A DNA stretch of 64,000 bases from Thermoplasmata archaeon. GTDB lineage: Archaea > Thermoplasmatota > Thermoplasmata > Lutacidiplasmatales > UBA184. The notes beneath the pieces are model-generated. The model saw nothing but the letters and a program-made list of their open reading frames with translations, made no database searches and was not told the DNA's origin. The stretch covers positions 8,462 through 72,461 of the forward strand of contig JAKACD010000003.1 in NCBI GenBank assembly GCA_021821785.1. Direction: 5' to 3'. This document shows positions 58,160 through 64,000 of this stretch, one piece after another. Position 1 is the first letter of the stretch. Each line of letters starts with the position of its first letter. The translations under genes and the position numbers were made by a program.

Positions 58160-59728
58160 GTGGGGCCGGAGGATCTCGCCGCGGTCCGGATCGAGCGCGC
58201 GCTGCTGTCGACCGACGACAAGTCGGGGCTTCCGGGGCTGGCGCGGGCCCTGACCGAGCTGGGGATCGAGCTCTGGGCCACCAGTGGGACCCGCCGGGCC
58301 CTTCTGGACGGCAATGTTCCGGTCCGCCCCGCGGAGGATCTCACGGGCATCGCGGCGTGGTTCGGGGGCCGGATCAAGACCCTCCACCCCGGCCTCCTCG
58401 GGGGGGTCCTTGCGCCGCGGACCGATACGGGGCGGCGGGAGCTCGCTGAGCGGGGGCTCCTCCCGTTCGATCTCGTGGTCGTGAACTTCTACCCGTTCGA
58501 GCGGCACCTCGCCGAACACCCCGACGCCCGGGATCGGGAGGAGTTCATCGACATCGGGGGCGTCACGCTCGCGCGGGCGGCGGCCAAGAACCATGAGTGG
58601 GTCACGGTCGTCACCGACCCCCGCGAGTATCCCGGGCTCGTGGAGGAGCTGCGGGCGAACCAGGGAGCGGTCTCCGCGGCGACCCGACGACGGCTCGCGA
58701 TCCGCGCGTTCGAGCGCTGCACGGACTACGACGCCGCGATCGCCCGCGGGCTCGGGGTCGCGACCGGAGCCGCGGACGGATTTCCCGAGACGATCGTCTT
58801 CCGCCGCGAGCCGCTCAAGCTGCGCTACGGAGAGAACCCGCACCAGCGGGCGGCCACCTACGATACCGTGAGCCCGGTCGATGCCGGTCTCCGGGCCTCG
58901 CCGTTCGCCGTCGTGAAGGGCGACGCGCTCTCCTACACGAACCTCCTCGACGTCGATACCGCCCTCGGGATCGTGAGCGAGTTCGACGAACCTGCGGCCG
59001 CCGTGGTGAAGCACGCGACCCCCTGCGGCGTCGCGACCGCCCCGACCCTCACCGAGGCGCTCGCCCAGGCGATCGCGACGGACCCCGTGGCCCGGTACGG
59101 CTGCGCGATCGCGGTCAACCGCCCGTTCGGGGGAGACGAACCGGCCGCCCTCAAGGGGATCTTCGTCGACCTGCTCGCCGCGCCGGCGTTCGACCCGGCG
59201 GCGCTCGAGCCGCTCGGGCATCGCGCGAAGCTCAAGCTCATCCGGACCGCCCCACCGTCGCGCGCCCAGCCCCGATGGGAAGCGAAGAGCGCCCTCGGCC
59301 GTCTTCTCCTGCAGGAGGCGGACCGCCGGGAGCTGAAACGGGAGGAGCTCAAGTGCGTCACCCCGACGACCGTCGACGAGCACGCGCTCGAGAGCTTCGC
59401 GTTCGCCTGGAAGGTCGTCCGTCACGCGAAGTCGAACGCGATCGTACTCGCGGACGGGACCCGGACGGTCGGGATCGGCTCCGGCCAGCCGACGCGGGTG
59501 AAGGCGGTAGAGCTCGCCTGCGAGGTCGCCGGGTCGCGCGCGCCGGGATCCGTCCTCGCCTCCGACGCGTTCTTCCCGTTCCCGGACGGGGTCGAGGTCG
59601 CGGCGAAGGCGGGCGTGCGCGCAATCGTCCAGCCGGGCGGGAGCCTGCGCGACCCCGAAGTGATCCGGCTCGCGACCGACCGTGGGATCGCGATGTACTT
59701 CACCGGCTGGCGGGTCTTCCGCCATTAG
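58160..59728 (+). CDS. purH: bifunctional AICAR transformylase / IMP cyclohydrolase
   Basis: The GTG at 58160 gives 522 aa. Motifs are RALLSTDDKSGL, GGRIKTLHP, VVNFYPF, YGENPHQ and GSGQPTRV. A TATA-like ATCTTATC lies ~36 nt upstream. Confidence 0.9.
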   Translation: MGPEDLAAVRIERALLSTDDKSGLPGLARALTELGIELWATSGTRRALLDGNVPVRPAEDLTGIAAWFGGRIKTLHPGLLGGVLAPRTDTGRRELAERGLLPFDLVVVNFYPFERHLAEHPDARDREEFIDIGGVTLARAAAKNHEWVTVVTDPREYPGLVEELRANQGAVSAATRRRLAIRAFERCTDYDAAIARGLGVATGAADGFPETIVFRREPLKLRYGENPHQRAATYDTVSPVDAGLRASPFAVVKGDALSYTNLLDVDTALGIVSEFDEPAAAVVKHATPCGVATAPTLTEALAQAIATDPVARYGCAIAVNRPFGGDEPAALKGIFVDLLAAPAFDPAALEPLGHRAKLKLIRTAPPSRAQPRWEAKSALGRLLLQEADRRELKREELKCVTPTTVDEHALESFAFAWKVVRHAKSNAIVLADGTRTVGIGSGQPTRVKAVELACEVAGSRAPGSVLASDAFFPFPDGVEVAAKAGVRAIVQPGGSLRDPEVIRLATDRGIAMYFTGWRVFRH

Positions 59729-59957
59729 CCCTGCGCGGGGTTGCGGCTCGCTTTCCTCCCTCACACTTCGACCGGTCCCCGCCCCACCTTCGTGGCCCTC
59801 GCTCGCTCCGGACAGCGAGTGCGGAGGCGTCAGGAGATCGATTGCTGCGCGCTGCTTCTCCCGGAGGTCCTGGTAGATACCCCGCGTTAGGTGACAGTGG
59901 CCCCTAGCGACGGAGCCGGGTTCCCTATCCTGGGCCAGGGCCTTGATGCGGGGGGGC

Positions 59958-60389
59958 TCAATCCACCGCCTTCTTTACGAGGGCCGAGATCCGGGCCTCG
60001 TCGGACGGCGTCAGCTCCTTCACGGCGAACGAGGTCGGCCATACGGCGCCGTCATCGAGCTTCGCCGCGTCGTTGAACCCCAGCGTTCCGTACCGTGCCT
60101 TGAACTTGCTCGCGGGCTGGAAGAAGCACAGGACGTCACCGTCCTTAGTGTAGGCCGGCATTCCGTACCAAAGTCTCGGAGAGAGCTCCGGGGCGGACGT
60201 CGTGATGATCGAGTGAAGTCGCTGGCCCATCGAGCGGTCCGGCTCCGGAAACGTGGCGATCTTGGCGAGCACCGCGCGCTCGTCGTCCGCCCGGTTCTTC
60301 CCCCACACGATCTTCCGTTCCTGGGTTGCCTCCTTCACTGCGGCGCGCTCCTCTTCGGTGAGGCTCGGGGTACCCTTCTTGACGGGCAT
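59958..60389 (-). CDS. DUF1801 (YdhG-like) domain protein
   Basis: 143 aa with [34 protein letters not shown] is locally lower. Confidence 0.65.
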   Translation of the reverse strand: MPVKKGTPSLTEEERAAVKEATQERKIVWGKNRADDERAVLAKIATFPEPDRSMGQRLHSIITTSAPELSPRLWYGMPAYTKDGDVLCFFQPASKFKARYGTLGFNDAAKLDDGAVWPTSFAVKELTPSDEARISALVKKAVD

Positions 60390-60541
60390 ACGAAGCCGCT
60401 AGGAGAAGACGCCCCTAAAAACACCGCCTTCGAAAGGTTCGGGCCCGGTCTCCGGGCTCGGTGGGGCCAAGCTCGGCCACCGAGCCGCAGCCGGCCGCAA
60501 AGGGAACGGCGGCCGGTCACCGACCGCCCGGACCGGCGAGC

Positions 60542-61420
60542 TCAGGTCCTCTCGTGCGCCCCGGCCGCTGCCGGCTCAGGACCGTCCCGTCGGCCGAGCT
60601 CGCGGGAGCGTCGGGTGGCCGCCTCGACCGCATCCATGAGCATGGCCTTGAGCCCGTTCCGCTCGAGCGAGTGCAGGGCCGTGATCGCGGTACCGCCGGG
60701 GCTCGTGACGAGGTCCCTCAGCTTCGCCGGGTGCTCTCCGGTCGCCCGGACGAGCTGGGCCGAGCCGACCAGGGTCTGGATGGCGAGATGGGTCGCCGTC
60801 TCGCGGGAGAGCCCGACCTTCACGCCCGCGTCGGAGAGGCTCTCGAGGATCAGGAAGAGGTAGAGGGGTCCGGTCCCGCTGAGACCGGTGACGGCATCCA
60901 TCAGCGACTCGTCGACCTCGACCACGGTCCCGATCGACTCGAGGATCGTCCGGGCCCGATCGCGGTCCCGGCGACCGGCGCTCTTCCCGAGGCAGTAGGC
61001 CGTCGCGGAGGCCCGGACCGAGGCGGCGACGTTGGGCATCGCCCGGACCACGCCGACCTCGGGACCGGCCCGGGATTCGAGGAACGCGGTAGGGATGCCC
61101 GCGGCGATCGACAGGATCGTGCTGCCGGCGTGGAGGGCGGGCCGGATCTCCTCCAGGACCGTCGGCAGGATCTGGGGCTTGACCGCGAGCACGATGGTGT
61201 CCGCAGCGCCGACCGCTTCCGGGTTCGTTCGGGCGAACCGCACCCCGAGTCGGGAGGCGGCGGCGCGTACGCGTGCCGGGTCCCGGCCGCTCAGCGTGAC
61301 CGTCGTGCGAGCGGAGGGCCAGGTCTCCTGGAGACCCCGGGCGAAAGCGGTGCCCATGTTCCCCGAGCCGACGATCGCGACCCGCTCTCCCGCGGTCGAC
61401 ATCGCGCCGGGAGCGCCCAC
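60542..61420 (-). CDS. proC: pyrroline-5-carboxylate reductase
   Basis: Motifs are VAIVGSGNMGTAF, LAVKPQ, RAMPN, GSGPLY-type GTGPLYLF and TSPGGTAI. Confidence 0.9.
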   Translation of the reverse strand: MGAPGAMSTAGERVAIVGSGNMGTAFARGLQETWPSARTTVTLSGRDPARVRAAASRLGVRFARTNPEAVGAADTIVLAVKPQILPTVLEEIRPALHAGSTILSIAAGIPTAFLESRAGPEVGVVRAMPNVAASVRASATAYCLGKSAGRRDRDRARTILESIGTVVEVDESLMDAVTGLSGTGPLYLFLILESLSDAGVKVGLSRETATHLAIQTLVGSAQLVRATGEHPAKLRDLVTSPGGTAITALHSLERNGLKAMLMDAVEAATRRSRELGRRDGPEPAAAGAHERT

Positions 61421-61492
61421 GCCAGTACATCATGATGTTGATGCGCCCGAGGTCGCCCCACCGACCCGGCGGATTGTGCCGGCTCGGAACCC

Positions 61493-61873
61493 CTATCGAG
61501 TCTTGGGGTGCGATCTGGCCACCCCGTAGATACCGGGTACTCCACCACCAGGTGCCCGCGCGGCGAGCACAAAGTGCCGCGCCAGGATCAGGCGGAACGC
61601 GATCGGGTCGATCGGGCCGACGGCTCGAGCCTTCTCCTCGCCCTCCTCCACGAACAGGAACGTCGGGAGCGCCTGGATCCCGTACGATCGGGTCACACCG
61701 ACCGCCTCGTCCACGTTCACCGTCGCGAACTTCACCCGGCCCGAGAGCTTCTCCGCGAGCTCCTGGACGGTCGGCTCCGTCGTACGGCACGGCCCGCACC
61801 AATCCGCGTAGAAATCGACGACCACGGGCAAGAGCGAGCGCACCACCTCTTGCTCGAAGGTCGCATCCGTGAC
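61493..61873 (-). CDS. trxA: thioredoxin (start codon unresolved)
   Basis: VTDATFEQEVVRSLLPVVVDFYADWCGPCRTTEPTVQELAEK...ALPTFLF carries the WCGPC active site. No ATG, GTG or TTG lies in frame between the shared TATA at 61934-61939 and the conserved N-terminus, so the 5' coordinate marks only the start of the conserved domain. Confidence 0.75.
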   Translation of the reverse strand, partial: VTDATFEQEVVRSLLPVVVDFYADWCGPCRTTEPTVQELAEKLSGRVKFATVNVDEAVGVTRSYGIQALPTFLFVEEGEEKARAVGPIDPIAFRLILARHFVLAARAPGGGVPGIYGVARSHPKTR

Positions 61874-61933
61874 GCGCCGGGGCCGGTGCGATTCGGACGT
61901 GGCTCGCCTGACGGGGGAGTGTCGGCGCTCCGC

Positions 61934-61939
61934 TTTAAA
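61934..61939. promoter_or_regulatory. palindromic TTTAAA box shared by divergent trx and mutY
   Basis: It is the only AT hexamer in the 92-nt divergent spacer, and lies 27 nt upstream of the mutY GTG (61966). Confidence 0.4.
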
Positions 61940-61965
61940 CTCATGCTTCGTCCGGCGGGTGGCCC

Positions 61966-63177
61966 GTGCGTTCCACCGTCCGTCCGAGGGACCCCCGACC
62001 GCTCCCGGGGACGCTCGCTCCCGCGCTCCTCGAGTGGTTCGCCGCGCATCGTCGGCCGCTTCCCTGGCGCCGCGACCGCGACCCGTACCACGTCTGGGTC
62101 GCCGAGGTCCTGTTGCAACAGACCCGCGTCGTGCAGGCGCTCCCCTACTACGAGGGATTCCTTCGGGCGTTTCCGGACCTCCCGACGCTCGCGCGCAGCC
62201 CGCTCGGGCGGGTACTGAGAGCCTGGCAGGGCGCGGGGTACTACGCCCGCGCCCGGCACCTTCACGCGGCCGCCCGCACGATCCTCCGGGAGCACGGGGG
62301 ACGCTTCCCGACGACCGTCGCCGAGCTCGAGGCGCTCCCGGGCGTTGGACCGTACATCGCGCGGGCGGTCGCCGCCCTGGCCTTCGACGCACCCGTGGTC
62401 GCACTCGAGGCGAACGGCCTCCGCGTCGCCGCACGCTGGACCGGGGAGCGGGGGGACGTTCGCACCCACGCGGTACGCCAACGTCTCGAGACGGCGCTGA
62501 ACGACGTGCGAGGAGCCGCGCCCGGGGGCTCGTTCAACGAGGCGGTCATGGAGCTCGGCGAGACCGTGTGCGCGCCGCAACACCCCCGCTGCGAGCGATG
62601 CCCCGTCGCCTTCGGCTGCCGGGCGCACCGGGAGCTGGACGATCCCTCCATCCTGCCGCGCCGAGCGCCCCGGCGCCGGCGACCCCGCATCCGGGGGGTC
62701 GTGGTCATCCTGACCGATCCCGACGGCCGCTGGCTCGTCCAGCGCCGGCCCCCCCGGGGCCTGTTGGGAGGGCTTTGGGAGTTCCCCGGGGGGAAAATCG
62801 AGCCCGGCGAGCGCCGGGAGGAAGCGGCCCGTCGCGAGCTCCGCGAGGAGACGGGGGTGTCGGTCGGCCGCCTTGAGCCGCTCGGGGTGGTGCGCCACGC
62901 CTACAGCCACTTCTCGGTCGAGCTCCACGCCTTCCGGGCCGAGGTCGCGGCCTCGACCGTGGTCGTTCGTGCGCCGGACCGTCGGTGGGTGCGTCCGGCC
63001 GGGCTTACTCGGCTGCCGGTCCCGAAAGCGACGGAGAAAATCGCCCGGCTGGCCCGGACGCGGAAGGATAGAGCTTCCCCGGGTTCAAGATTCCATCCGG
63101 GTCGCACCGCCGCTTCACGGACCCGAGGAGATCGGTCGGTACCGGGCCGAGCTCACGGGCCAGGAAGTCGGCCTTGA
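61966..63177 (+). CDS. mutY: A/G-specific adenine DNA glycosylase (MutY) with a C-terminal NUDIX-like domain
   Basis: Motifs are PWRRDRDPYHVWVAEVLLQQTRV, LPGVGPYIARAV and the Fe-S cluster CAPQHPRCERCPVAFGC. The NUDIX-like part is WEFPGGKIEPGE...ELREETG. The last ~55 codons overlap the convergent oxidase gene, so the true C-terminus is uncertain. Confidence 0.85.
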   Translation: MRSTVRPRDPRPLPGTLAPALLEWFAAHRRPLPWRRDRDPYHVWVAEVLLQQTRVVQALPYYEGFLRAFPDLPTLARSPLGRVLRAWQGAGYYARARHLHAAARTILREHGGRFPTTVAELEALPGVGPYIARAVAALAFDAPVVALEANGLRVAARWTGERGDVRTHAVRQRLETALNDVRGAAPGGSFNEAVMELGETVCAPQHPRCERCPVAFGCRAHRELDDPSILPRRAPRRRRPRIRGVVVILTDPDGRWLVQRRPPRGLLGGLWEFPGGKIEPGERREEAARRELREETGVSVGRLEPLGVVRHAYSHFSVELHAFRAEVAASTVVVRAPDRRWVRPAGLTRLPVPKATEKIARLARTRKDRASPGSRFHPGRTAASRTRGDRSVPGRAHGPGSRP

Positions 63178-64000
63178 GCCGGCCGATGCCGTGCTCGGAG
63201 CTCACGGTCCCTCCGAGCTCGAGCGCCGCGGTGAGGACCGCGGCCCGGATCCGCTCGCCGGTCGGGGAGGCCGGCTCGACCACGAAGTTCGGATGGAAGC
63301 TCCCCTCGCCGAGGTGGCCGTAGAGGAAGAGCCCGACCCCGGCGCTCGCGGCGATCGCACCGAGCCGCTCCAAGAGCTCATCGATCCGCCCGAGCGGGAC
63401 CGCGATGTCCTCCCGGACCCGGGGGCCCATCCGCTCGTCGAGCGCGACCCCGCTCGCTCCGCGGAGGGTCCAGAGCTCGTCGGCGTCCGAGTAGACCGTC
63501 GGCGGCCGGTCGACGCCGACGGCCCGAAGGTCAGCGACGATCCCCGCCCGTTGCTCCTCGGCGTCGCGCGCGTTCCGCGCCTCGACCTCGAGGAGCAGGA
63601 GGGCCGCATCGGCCGGCCAGTCGACCTGACGGCGCTCAGCGAGGACGGCGGCCGAGGATCGGTCGATCAGCTCCACGGCCGAGAGCCCCGCGCCGCTGCG
63701 AAGCCGGAGCCGTCGGGCGACCGCGGAGAGGGAGACCGGGGCCGGGAGCGGCACGACCAGACCCTCCCTCCGGGCCGGGAGCGGGGCGAGGCGAACGGTG
63801 ACCTCCGTCAGGATGCCGAGCGTTCCCTCGCTCCCGACCAATAGGTGCAGGAGCTCCGGCCCTACGGAGCGCTTCGCGACCCGGTGTCCGAAGCGGGCCC
63901 GGTCCCCGGTGCCGAGGACCGCCTCCAATTCCCGGATCCACGAGCGGGTAGGTCCGTACTTGAACGAGCGGGGGCCCGAGGCGTTCGTCGCAACGTGCCC
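63005..64000 (-). CDS. FAD-linked oxidase (GlcD/D-lactate dehydrogenase-like), C-terminal part; gene continues beyond the window end
   Basis: Motifs are LLVGSEGTLGILTEVTVRL, GHLGEGSFHPN and SSEHGIGRLK...DPDGILNPGKL. The reading frame stays open to position 64000 (...ATNASGPRSFKYGPTRSWIRELEAVLG). Confidence 0.8.
   Translation of the reverse strand, partial: GHVATNASGPRSFKYGPTRSWIRELEAVLGTGDRARFGHRVAKRSVGPELLHLLVGSEGTLGILTEVTVRLAPLPARREGLVVPLPAPVSLSAVARRLRLRSGAGLSAVELIDRSSAAVLAERRQVDWPADAALLLLEVEARNARDAEEQRAGIVADLRAVGVDRPPTVYSDADELWTLRGASGVALDERMGPRVREDIAVPLGRIDELLERLGAIAASAGVGLFLYGHLGEGSFHPNFVVEPASPTGERIRAAVLTAALELGGTVSSEHGIGRLKADFLARELGPVPTDLLGSVKRRCDPDGILNPGKLYPSASGPAGRFSPSLSGPAAE

Noticed and set aside
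58001-59764. N-terminal ~590 aa of tracked ORF 56204..59764
   Set aside because: This part is antisense to purH (58160..59728), which has clear motifs. Only the portion downstream of ~58000 has a TM/pilin-like signal and a distinct composition.
59729-59957. 229-nt convergent spacer after purH, with the hairpin CTCGCT-ccggac-AGCGAG and the palindrome CCTGG-g-CCAGG; considered as an ncRNA or C/D-box sRNA
   Set aside because: There are no C/D box pairs (RUGAUGA...CUGA) in proper spacing on either strand, and no promoter-like AT island. The hairpins are more likely 3'-end structures.
1-64000. CRISPR arrays, rRNA genes, IS elements and prophage modules
   Set aside because: No regularly spaced direct repeats, rRNA-like conserved stretches or transposase/integrase/capsid-like ORFs were found on either strand. 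The only large repeat is the tandem DUF929 gene duplication.

Overview
Dense archaeal chromosomal segment, very high GC by eye (about 70%, not computed). It is euryarchaeal in type: PolD large subunit DP2, FtsZ, a complete A1A0 ATP synthase, Sm protein next to eL37, RNase P Pop5, PurP and class II RNR. I found no rRNA, CRISPR array, transposase or integrase. Genes are tightly packed. Many junctions have 4-nt ATGA/GTGA stop-start overlaps, and short AT-rich TATA-like islands sit about 21-40 nt upstream of start codons, so many mRNAs are probably leaderless. The high GC produces many long antisense or out-of-frame shadow ORFs in the track, which I rejected. Housekeeping content includes folP (partial), the ATP synthase split into convergent FABD-HI and KEC units, rnz, hutI-like, nrdJ, nadA/nadC, gcvT, purP, purH, a three-subunit xanthine dehydrogenase/CODH-family molybdoenzyme, proC, thioredoxin, mutY, PolX, an MPG glycosylase and a MarR-MFS pair. 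Five observations deserve a second look. (1) An eight-gene minus-strand array (10662->1667) is centred on a divergent family-B DNA polymerase with an altered motif C and Exo I. It is flanked by a RadB-like protein that has lost Walker A/B, a small helical ORF, a HEAT-repeat protein, a GNAT, a GT-B-like protein, an M29-like protein with substituted metal ligands, and MPG. (2) A VKOR homologue sits next to two tandem membrane-anchored DUF929 thioredoxin-like paralogues (WCPYC), a candidate extracytoplasmic disulfide-formation module. (3) A fluoride (crcB-motif) riboswitch not in the ORF track lies upstream of crcB-DUF190. (4) A tRNA-Arg(TCG) carries a ~29-nt insertion in the T-loop, likely a non-canonical intron. 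(5) A lower-GC, sequon-rich beta-helix-like surface protein has an archaeal class III (pilin-type) signal motif. All homology calls are by-eye motif recognition without database searches.
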